Shown here in pieces: positions 56,586-64,000 of a stretch of 64,000 nucleotides of DNA (positions are counted from its first letter, which is position 1; every line of letters starts with the position of its first letter). This stretch comes from Acidimicrobiaceae bacterium. Lineage in GTDB: Bacteria > Actinomycetota > Acidimicrobiia > Acidimicrobiales > Ilumatobacteraceae. The notes beneath the pieces are model-generated. The model was not told where the DNA came from and did not search any database. It worked only from the letters and a program-made list of their open reading frames with translations. The stretch covers positions 1,150 through 65,149 of the forward strand of contig JAAXJF010000035.1 of assembly GCA_012269985.1 (NCBI GenBank), written 5' to 3'. The position numbers and the translations under genes are program-made.

Positions 56586-57683
56586 GTGAAATTTCGATGT
56601 GAACGTGAAATCTTGGCCACCGCATTAGCCACTGCTGGTCGAGGAGCAACAAACTCAACCGGTACCTCACCGGTGCTGTCGGGTGTTCGACTTGATGTCG
56701 CTGATGACACGCTGACCATCACCGGCACCGATCTTGAACTGACCATCAAGGCATCGGTCCCAGTTGGTATGGAAGAGCCAGGCTCAACCGTCATTCCTGC
56801 TCGCCTTACTGCTGACATCGTGAAGTCGCTTCCGGCAGGCAGTGTCGATGTTGAACTCACCGGCGACAACGTGTCGATTTCTGCGCAGCGCAGCCAGTTT
56901 GCAGTTCGTCCAATGGCAGTAGCTGATTTTCCTTCAATTGGGGCGCCGTCAAGCGAGCCATTTGTGTTGTCGGGTTCAACGATGTCGGCTGCGCTCGGCC
57001 AGGTGGTCCGCGCCGCAAGCACCGATGAAGCTCGTCAACAACTCACCGGTGTGCTCATCGTGTCGGAAGACGACGCAGTGCGCATGGTGGCGACCGATTC
57101 ATATCGACTTGCTGTACGTGATCTTGACGAAGGGGCGTTGCTCGGAGCCGGTCAGCAGGTGCTCGTACCGGCGCGTGCACTCAATGAAGTGCAACGTCTC
57201 GTGAGCGGTGCAGAAGATCTCAAGGTGTATCTCGGAGACAACGACGTCGTGTTCGAAATTGGTGACGTGCACCTCACCACTCGCCTCATTGCTGCTGACT
57301 ATCCGAACTATCGAAACCTGTTGCCAAGTTCGTATCCAAACGTTGCGACGATCGGTCGTGACGCATTGCTCGACGCGTTGCGCCGTGTTCGTCTTCTCGC
57401 TCAAGGGGGTGCAACCCCGGTTCGCTTACAACTTGAACCCGATCACGTCATCCTCTCGGCGATCACCACAGATGTGGGCGAAGCGTCAGAGCAAATCGAT
57501 GCCAGTTTTGAGGGCGAACCGATGACGGTTGCGTTTAACCCTGACTATCTCGCTGCGGGAGTTGATGCAGTTGATGGCGACGAAGTTCGTCTCGCAGTCG
57601 TTGACCCAATGAAGCCAGCTGTCCTTCGCGGAGTTGGCCACGACGAGTACCTGTACCTGTTGATGCCAGTACGGGTGCCGTGA
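56586..57683 (+). CDS. dnaN: DNA polymerase III beta sliding clamp
   Basis: 365-aa ORF with a GTG start, typical beta-clamp sequence and C-terminus LLMPVRV. Confidence 0.95.
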   Translation: MKFRCEREILATALATAGRGATNSTGTSPVLSGVRLDVADDTLTITGTDLELTIKASVPVGMEEPGSTVIPARLTADIVKSLPAGSVDVELTGDNVSISAQRSQFAVRPMAVADFPSIGAPSSEPFVLSGSTMSAALGQVVRAASTDEARQQLTGVLIVSEDDAVRMVATDSYRLAVRDLDEGALLGAGQQVLVPARALNEVQRLVSGAEDLKVYLGDNDVVFEIGDVHLTTRLIAADYPNYRNLLPSSYPNVATIGRDALLDALRRVRLLAQGGATPVRLQLEPDHVILSAITTDVGEASEQIDASFEGEPMTVAFNPDYLAAGVDAVDGDEVRLAVVDPMKPAVLRGVGHDEYLYLLMPVRVP

Positions 57684-57692
57684 TGTCACGTC

Positions 57693-58778
57693 ATGCTCGT
57701 TGAGCATCTTGAACTTGTTGATTTCCGAAATTATCGGCAAGCGACGTTTGACCTCACCGCCGGTACCACTTGTGTCGTTGGTCAAAATGGCCAAGGGAAA
57801 ACCAACCTTGCCGAAGCTCTTGCGTACCTGTCTGGCCTGACATCATTTCGCCAAGCTCCATCTGATGCGCTCATTAGGGTTGGCGCCGACCAGGCCATTA
57901 TCCGAGCACAGATCATTGATGCCGATGGTCGTCAATCGTTGGTCGAGGTGGAAATCTCTCGGGTCGGTCGCGGTCGGGTTCAAGTAAACCGACAGCGGTT
58001 ACAACGCACAAGAGATCTCCTTGGCACCGTGCGGACGTCTGTCTTCTCACCGGACGATCTCACGTTAGTGAAGGGAAGCCCCAGCGAGCGCCGGCGATTT
58101 CTTGATGACACCCTTGTTGCGTTGGCGACGAAGAACGATGCGCTTCGCCTTGAAGTTGATCGAGTGTTGAAACAACGCAACACCCTGTTGCGTCAATGTG
58201 GCGGTCGACTCGATGATGATGCGTCAACGACGCTTGACGTGTGGGATTCCCGCCTTGTGGACGTCGGCGAACGACTCGGCCGTGGACGCGCCGCGCTCGT
58301 CGAACGTCTTCAACCGTTAGTAGCCGAGGCGTATCAGCAACTCGCTGGCGAGAGCAACACTGTGTCGTTGGCCTATGACCCTCAATGGCGTCATGAGGGG
58401 TTGGCCGCGGCTCTCGCCGCCGCTCGTCGTGATGATGTTCGAAGGGGTGTGTCGACGGTGGGCCCGCATCGTGACGATGTCGACCTTTCGGTGAACGAGT
58501 TGCCGGCGCGGACCCATGCATCTCAAGGCGAACAACGCACTCTCGCGTTAAGCCTTCGCCTTGGCGCACATCGGCTTGTGACCGATCATGTGGGGTCGAG
58601 TCCAATTCTCATCCTCGACGATGTCTTGTCGGAACTCGATAACGATCGGGCAACGGCGCTGTTGGGGGAACTGCCGGCAGGCCAAGTGGTCATTACGACT
58701 GCGGCACCCTTGCCACCTGCTGCCCAGCCTGAACGCGTGGTGAAAATCGACGGCGGTACGGTGATGTCCGATGAGTGA
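57693..58778 (+). CDS. recF: DNA replication/repair protein RecF
   Basis: Walker A GQNGQGKTNLAEA, signature-like SQGEQRTLALSLRL and Walker B LILDDVLSELD are present. Confidence 0.95.
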   Translation: MLVEHLELVDFRNYRQATFDLTAGTTCVVGQNGQGKTNLAEALAYLSGLTSFRQAPSDALIRVGADQAIIRAQIIDADGRQSLVEVEISRVGRGRVQVNRQRLQRTRDLLGTVRTSVFSPDDLTLVKGSPSERRRFLDDTLVALATKNDALRLEVDRVLKQRNTLLRQCGGRLDDDASTTLDVWDSRLVDVGERLGRGRAALVERLQPLVAEAYQQLAGESNTVSLAYDPQWRHEGLAAALAAARRDDVRRGVSTVGPHRDDVDLSVNELPARTHASQGEQRTLALSLRLGAHRLVTDHVGSSPILILDDVLSELDNDRATALLGELPAGQVVITTAAPLPPAAQPERVVKIDGGTVMSDE

Positions 58779-59076
58779 CGATGACGAGATCATGTCGCTG
58801 TCAGACTCTCTTGACTCGGTGGTTCGTTCACTTCGCGGACCAAGTAGGGCAGAGGTTGGTGGCATTTTCGGTCGGTGGGAAGAAGCTGTTGGTGACTACG
58901 TGGCCCGACATGCCCGACCATCACGTTTTGAAGATGGGGTTCTTGTCATCGATGTCGATGAACCAGCGTGGGTCACCGAGATCGAGTTCCGGACCGAAGA
59001 GATATCCCAACGGTTACGAGACGTCGCTCAGGTCACGATCAACCAGATTGAGGTCAGGGTGGCGCGCCGACGCTAA
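58771..59076 (+). CDS. DUF721 / DciA-family protein (Rv0004 position)
   Basis: 101-aa ORF overlapping the recF stop. It shows the motif pattern typical of DUF721 (W...VG..VA.H..P..F.DG.L.I......W..E). Confidence 0.7.
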   Translation: MSDDDEIMSLSDSLDSVVRSLRGPSRAEVGGIFGRWEEAVGDYVARHARPSRFEDGVLVIDVDEPAWVTEIEFRTEEISQRLRDVAQVTINQIEVRVARRR

Positions 59077-59096
59077 CGATTCCGGCATGATGTGGC

Positions 59097-59561
59097 ATGG
59101 CTTCTCAACTCCTTGAGCAACTTCGAACTGACTTGAACACTGCGATGAAAGATCGCGATCAATTGAAGACATCGACGATCAGGATGGTGTTGTCGGCAGT
59201 TCAGGTGGCGTCTGTTGCAGGAGACGAGGCCGCAGAACTCACCGATGCCGAAGTCACGGCAGTGTTGAGGTCGGAGGCAAAACGTCGAAATGAGGCGGCC
59301 GAGCTTTACGAGAATGCCGGACGAGCCGAACAAGCGGCATCAGAACGAAACGAACTTGCAGTGATTGAGGCATACCTCCCAGCGGCGATGGATGACGCAA
59401 CACTGCAGGGCATTGTTGATGAAGAAATTGCAGCTGCACGCGAGGCAGGAGCAGAAGGCTCGAAAGCGATGGGGCAGGTCATCAAAGCGGTGAAAGATCG
59501 TGTCGGCGATGGTGCCGACGGCGGCCGAATTGCCGGTGTCGTGAAGGCCTCGTTGGCCTAA
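59097..59561 (+). CDS. GatB/YqeY domain protein
   Basis: 154-aa ORF: LLEQLRTDLNTAMKDRDQLKTSTIRMVLSAV...EAKRRNEAAELYENAGRAE. Confidence 0.85.
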   Translation: MASQLLEQLRTDLNTAMKDRDQLKTSTIRMVLSAVQVASVAGDEAAELTDAEVTAVLRSEAKRRNEAAELYENAGRAEQAASERNELAVIEAYLPAAMDDATLQGIVDEEIAAAREAGAEGSKAMGQVIKAVKDRVGDGADGGRIAGVVKASLA

Positions 59562-59771
59562 ATTCCTCCCGGTTGGCGGTATCCGCTGTCGCCGACTTGC
59601 GTACGTGTCGCAACCCGGCGTGTTAGTTGTCGTTACCGGTCGGATTGACCGGTTCAGCGAACACCCGTTTGGTAGAATTTTCCAGTGCTCATAGGCGTTT
59701 CAGCCTGTTTGCACGTGTGGGAAGAGCACGGTGCTTGACCCATATTGCGACGACAACAGATGAGGTACTGA

Positions 59772-61727
59772 GTGTCCAAAGACACCAAAAAATCAAAGAG
59801 TGAATATGGCGCGAAGGACATCCAAGTCCTTGAAGGGCTCGATCCCGTTCGCAAGCGGCCCGGCATGTACATCGGCTCGACCGGTTTGGCCGGGTTACAT
59901 CACCTCATTTGGGAAGTTGTTGACAATTCCGTCGATGAAGCAATGGCGGGCTACTGCACTAAAATTGGGGTGACGCTGCGCGCTGACGGAGGATGTGAAG
60001 TGAGCGACAACGGGCGCGGTGTGCCTGTTGACCCGTACCCATCAGGTCCTCACAAAGGAAAGAGCGCCGCTGAGGTTGTGCTCACAGTGCTGCATGCCGG
60101 TGGAAAATTCGGCGGTGAGGGATACAAAGTGTCGGGTGGACTCCACGGCGTTGGAGTCAGTGTGGTCAACGCACTTTCTGAGCGCTTGACCATCGAAATC
60201 GATCGAGATGGCAAGCGCTATTCACAGGAGTATCAAGACGGCGGCAAGCCCAAAAACAAACTGTCGTCGAAAGGCGAAACTCCAAAACGTGGTCGCACGT
60301 CAGGTACGACGGTGACGTTTTGGCCAGACTCGGCGATATTCCAGGCAGAAGGAACAGAATTTCTTGCCCGCACGGTGCTCGATCGCCTGCAGATCATGGC
60401 ATTTCTCAATCGTGGGCTCGAGATTTCGTTTGTTGATCAACGACCTGAGCGTGAACAAGAAGTCACCTTCCAATATAAGGGCGGAATTGTCGACTTCGTA
60501 AAGCATCTCAACCAGTCGAAAGACCCACTGTTCGCGAAAGTGTGCCACTACGAAGACGACGACGGAGAAGGCCAAAATCTCGATATCGCTCTCCAGTGGA
60601 ACACCGGCTACCACGAAGGCATTCACGGCTATGCAAATGGCATTTCCACTATCGAGGGCGGCATGCACGTTGAGGGCTTCCGCACCGCATTGACCTCGGT
60701 GATGAATAAATACGCACGCGGCAAAAACTTGCTGAAAGAAAAAGACGACAATCTCACGGGTGAAGACATTCGAGAGGGTCTCACCGCAATCATCTCAGTG
60801 AAGCTGCGTGAACCCCAGTTTGAAGGCCAGACAAAAGCCAAACTTGGCAATGTCCCCATGCGGTCATTCGTGCAGAAAGCAACCAACGAACGCCTCTCAG
60901 AGTGGTTCGATGAAAATCCGACCGAGGCAAACAAGATCGTTAAGAAGGCAATCGCGGCCCAACAAGCACGTGTAGCGGCGAAAAAAGCTCGTGAAACAGT
61001 GAGGCGCAAAACCGCTCTGTCTGGGGCAGGCATGCCGGACAAACTTCGTGACTGTTCATCACGGAGCCCAGATGAATCAGAAATCTTCATCGTTGAGGGC
61101 GATTCGGCTGGCGGTACAGCAATTAACGCTCGAGACCCTCGAACCCAGGCGATTTTGCCGATCAGAGGGAAAATCCTCAATGTCGAGCGCTCCCGAATCG
61201 ACAAAATGCTAAAAAACAATGAGATTCAAGCGTTGATCACCGCAATCGGCGCTGGCGTTGGCGAAGATTTCAATGTCGAGAAAGCTCGATACCACAAAGT
61301 GATTGCGCTGTGCGACGCTGACGTCGACGGCAGCCACATTCGCACCCTGCTGCTCACGTTCTTCTTCCGGCAGATGCGTGACCTCGTTGAAGCTGGCTAC
61401 ATCTACATTGCGCAACCCCCGCTCTACTCCACAGAGGTGGGCAAGGAAAAGGTCTATCTCAAGGACGACCTTGCGAAAGATCGGTTCCTCACAGAGAAAC
61501 CAAATCACCGAAAAGAGTTCCAACGCTTGAAAGGTCTCGGTGAAATGGACTGGCAGGAACTCAGAGAGACAACCATTAACCCGGAGACCCGCACGCTGCT
61601 GCAGGTCACCGTCGAAGAGGCCGCCGAGGCCGACATGATCATGAGCGTGTTGATGGGCGACGACGTCGAAAGCCGTCGCAACTTCATCACCACGAACGCC
61701 CGCGATGTGAGGAACCTTGATTTCTGA
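59772..61727 (+). CDS. gyrB: DNA gyrase subunit B
   Basis: 651-aa ORF with YGAKDIQVLEGLDPVRKRPGMYIGST, the GHKL ATPase, Toprim (EIFIVEGDSAGG) and PLRGKILNVE-like motifs. No intein is present. Confidence 0.95.
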   Translation: MSKDTKKSKSEYGAKDIQVLEGLDPVRKRPGMYIGSTGLAGLHHLIWEVVDNSVDEAMAGYCTKIGVTLRADGGCEVSDNGRGVPVDPYPSGPHKGKSAAEVVLTVLHAGGKFGGEGYKVSGGLHGVGVSVVNALSERLTIEIDRDGKRYSQEYQDGGKPKNKLSSKGETPKRGRTSGTTVTFWPDSAIFQAEGTEFLARTVLDRLQIMAFLNRGLEISFVDQRPEREQEVTFQYKGGIVDFVKHLNQSKDPLFAKVCHYEDDDGEGQNLDIALQWNTGYHEGIHGYANGISTIEGGMHVEGFRTALTSVMNKYARGKNLLKEKDDNLTGEDIREGLTAIISVKLREPQFEGQTKAKLGNVPMRSFVQKATNERLSEWFDENPTEANKIVKKAIAAQQARVAAKKARETVRRKTALSGAGMPDKLRDCSSRSPDESEIFIVEGDSAGGTAINARDPRTQAILPIRGKILNVERSRIDKMLKNNEIQALITAIGAGVGEDFNVEKARYHKVIALCDADVDGSHIRTLLLTFFFRQMRDLVEAGYIYIAQPPLYSTEVGKEKVYLKDDLAKDRFLTEKPNHRKEFQRLKGLGEMDWQELRETTINPETRTLLQVTVEEAAEADMIMSVLMGDDVESRRNFITTNARDVRNLDF

Positions 61728-64000
61728 TGAGTGACGATCAAACCCCAGTCGACCCTGATGATCAGCACGATCCGGTTCAGCCGATCGCACTCCAAGATGA
61801 GATGGAGAACTCATTCCTGGAGTACGCGATGTCGGTCATCATGTCGCGAGCGTTGCCCGATGTTCGCGACGGTCTCAAGCCAGTCCACCGTCGCATCATT
61901 TGGGACATGGAGCAGCAAGGTTTCCGCCCCGACCGACCATTTGTGAAGTGTGCCCGCGTGTCGGGTGACACGATGGCGCGCTACCACCCGCACGGTGACA
62001 GCGCGATCTATGACGCTCTGGTCCGTCTCGCCCAACCGTTCTCCGTGCGCCATCCACTGATCGATTTTCACGGCAACTACGGGTCGCCTGACTTCGGTCC
62101 GGCCGCAAGCCGCTACACAGAATGTCGGTTGCACCCACTTGCAATGCAATTGCTTGCCGATATCGATGAAGACACCGTTGACATGGTGCCGAACTATGAC
62201 GGCAGCACAGAGCAACCTTCTGTATTGCCCGCAAGATTCCCCAACCTGCTCGTCAACGGGTCTCAGGGAATTGCTGTTGGCATGGCGACCAACATTCCGC
62301 CACACAATCTTGGCGAAGTCATCGACGCAACTGTGCACCTCATTGACAACCCAGATGCAACATCCGACGACTTAATGGAATTTGTGAAAGGGCCTGACTT
62401 CCCAACGGGCGGTTCAATTCTTGGACGCGCCGGCATTATCGATGCGTACCGCACAGGACGTGGCTCTGTGAAGATGCGCGCAACTGCGACCATCGATGAG
62501 GGCAAGTCGGGGCGAATGGAAATCATTGTCACCGAACTGCCGTATCAAACGAGTTGTTCTGCGATTGCGGCTCGCATCACCGAATTGGTCGACAACGGAG
62601 ACATCGAAGGAATCGCCGACATCAACGACGGGTCATCCGGTGGCGAGACCTCCCTGGTGATCACGTTGAAGCGAGACGCAAATGCAAACGTTGTGCTGAA
62701 CAACCTCTTCAAACTCACGCAACTTCAGACCAGTTTCTCGATCAACATGGTCGCCCTCGTTGACGGTGTGCCCCGAACGCTGAACTTGCGGGATGCGATC
62801 GATGGCTATGTTCGTCACCAGATTGAGGTCATCACCCGTCGGTCGAATTTCCGTTTAGAAAAAGCGAAACGGCGTGAACACATCCTCGATGGCCGCATTA
62901 AGGCGCTGAACGTCATCGACGAGATCATTGCGCTCATTCGAGGTAGCGAAGACGCGCAAGCAGCAAAAGCCGCGTTGATGGAAAAGCCCTATGAGTTCTC
63001 AGAGGCTCAGGCTGTTGACATTCTCGACATGCAACTGCGTCAACTCACGCGTCTGAGCCGTATCGATATCGAGTCAGAACTCGAAAGCATCCGCGAGAAC
63101 ATCAAAGAGCTCGAATCAATCTTGGCCGACGATAAGAAACTTCGTGGCGTGATTAAAGACGAAATTGGCTCTGTACGCAATGACTTCGCAGCTGATCGAG
63201 TCTGTGCAATCACCTATGACGAAGGCGAAATGAGTATCGAAGATCTCGTTGAAGATAAAGAACTCGTCGTTGTCATGACAGAGGCACAGTACGTGAAAGC
63301 AGTTTCTGCCTCGTCGTTTAAGACGCAGGGCCGCGGCGGCCGCGGTGTGTCCGGAGGCAAACTCAAACAAGACGACATCATCCGACATGTAATCTTCACC
63401 ACAGCCCACGCACATTTGCTGTTTTTCTCAAATCGTGGACGGGTGTATCGATTGCGTGCCCTCGACATTCCTGAGCGTGAGCGGACCGCAAAAGGCATGC
63501 CGATTGTCAATTTGCTTCCCCTCCAAGCAGACGAATTCATTCAGGCGATCATCGACACTCGTGACTTCGCTGGAGAACGCTTCTTGTTCTTCGCAACCCG
63601 AAAAGGAACCGTCAAGAAAACGGCGTTCGATGCCTACAACTCGAGTCGACGCGACGGCCTTATTGCCATCATTTTGAACGAGTATGACGAATTGGTGAGG
63701 GTCATTGAGTCAAGTGGCACCGACGACATTTTCATGGTGGCGAAGTCAGGAATGACGATCCGCTTTAACGAAGGCGACGTTCGAGCGATGGGGCGCTCAG
63801 CGGCCGGTGTTCGCGGTATGAAGTTGAAGACCGGCGATGACGCAGTCGTTTCATGTGATGTCGCCCGTGATGACACTGCGATTCTCCTCATGACTGAAGC
63901 TGGGTTTGGCAAGCGGACGCAACTCGACAAATTCAATACCCAGGGCCGTGGTGGCCAAGGCGTGCGTGGCATCAAACTCACCGGCAAGAAAGGCGTCGTT
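61727..64000 (+). CDS. gyrA: DNA gyrase subunit A, 3' end outside the window
   Basis: Not in the ORF track because it is open at the window edge. ATG 61727 overlaps the gyrB stop. Manual translation gives MSDDQTPV...EMENSFLEYAMSVIMSRALPDVRDGLKPVHRRIIW...YHPHGDSAIYDALVRLAQ. The frame is still open at 64000 (GQGVRGIKLTGKKGVV). Confidence 0.95.
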   Translation, partial: MSDDQTPVDPDDQHDPVQPIALQDEMENSFLEYAMSVIMSRALPDVRDGLKPVHRRIIWDMEQQGFRPDRPFVKCARVSGDTMARYHPHGDSAIYDALVRLAQPFSVRHPLIDFHGNYGSPDFGPAASRYTECRLHPLAMQLLADIDEDTVDMVPNYDGSTEQPSVLPARFPNLLVNGSQGIAVGMATNIPPHNLGEVIDATVHLIDNPDATSDDLMEFVKGPDFPTGGSILGRAGIIDAYRTGRGSVKMRATATIDEGKSGRMEIIVTELPYQTSCSAIAARITELVDNGDIEGIADINDGSSGGETSLVITLKRDANANVVLNNLFKLTQLQTSFSINMVALVDGVPRTLNLRDAIDGYVRHQIEVITRRSNFRLEKAKRREHILDGRIKALNVIDEIIALIRGSEDAQAAKAALMEKPYEFSEAQAVDILDMQLRQLTRLSRIDIESELESIRENIKELESILADDKKLRGVIKDEIGSVRNDFAADRVCAITYDEGEMSIEDLVEDKELVVVMTEAQYVKAVSASSFKTQGRGGRGVSGGKLKQDDIIRHVIFTTAHAHLLFFSNRGRVYRLRALDIPERERTAKGMPIVNLLPLQADEFIQAIIDTRDFAGERFLFFATRKGTVKKTAFDAYNSSRRDGLIAIILNEYDELVRVIESSGTDDIFMVAKSGMTIRFNEGDVRAMGRSAAGVRGMKLKTGDDAVVSCDVARDDTAILLMTEAGFGKRTQLDKFNTQGRGGQGVRGIKLTGKKGVV

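Noticed and set aside
59635-59653. Hairpin ACCGGTC-GGATT-GACCGGT after the YqeY gene.
   Set aside because: It has a short 7-bp stem and no downstream T-tract, so the evidence is too weak to annotate it as a terminator.
60629-62338. A series of long minus-strand ORFs (196, 201 and 175 aa) across gyrB and gyrA.
   Set aside because: They are antisense to unmistakable gyrase genes. They carry no recognisable motifs and have the low-complexity Arg/Ser content characteristic of shadow ORFs.
1-64000. A search by eye for CRISPR arrays, IS elements or transposases, integrases next to tRNA-Leu, prophage or toxin-antitoxin-like pairs, and long direct repeats.
   Set aside because: None was found. The tRNA-Leu has no flanking integrase or duplicated 3' segment, and the window looks like conserved core chromosome.

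Overview
This window is an origin-proximal chromosomal segment from a moderately high-GC Actinomycetota genome. That assignment rests on gene order, which closely parallels the mycobacterial Rv3907c..Rv3924c / Rv0001..Rv0006 region. A heliorhodopsin gene hints at an aquatic, possibly Acidimicrobiia-like lineage, but that is a weak inference.

Layout:
- 1-31 kb is a housekeeping and lipid-catabolism region. It holds four adenylate-forming acyl-CoA ligases, three acyl-CoA dehydrogenases, a FadB-type fusion, MaoC and PaaI hot-dog proteins, a Baeyer-Villiger monooxygenase, an LLM/F420 oxidoreductase and a PhyH dioxygenase. It also holds nth, clpB, engB, tRNA-Leu(CAG), a heliorhodopsin and a HisD-like/DUF3445 pair.
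- 30-36 kb holds a DrrAB-like ABC exporter and the dnaB-rplI-rpsR-ssb-rpsF cluster on the minus strand.
- 36-49 kb holds DUF192, DUF5318, a PAS-GGDEF-EAL protein, cca, a GNAT, a DUF6049-like protein, a Ser/Thr kinase, an ECF sigma/anti-sigma pair, trxB, trxA and a CwlM-like protein.
- 49-64 kb holds parB-parA-rsmG-jag-yidC-yidD-rnpA-rpmH on the minus strand, diverging from dnaA-dnaN-recF-DUF721(DciA)-yqeY-gyrB-gyrA on the plus strand.

I saw no CRISPR array, transposase, integrase or obvious defence island, and no convincing undescribed multi-gene system.

The points most worth a second look are:
- the heliorhodopsin and its neighbours;
- a trxB whose FAD-binding GxGxxG loop is replaced by a T11-encoded Phe run;
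- a CwlM-like pseudo-amidase with no canonical start codon for its first PG-binding repeat;
- an apparently active Ser/Thr kinase at the position where mycobacteria encode the MurJ-pseudokinase fusion;
- variant parS palindromes;
- several DnaA-box clusters, including an AT-rich island between convergent genes and a 12-bp phased triplet upstream of dnaB.

All protein-family calls come from motif recognition by eye. No database search was run.
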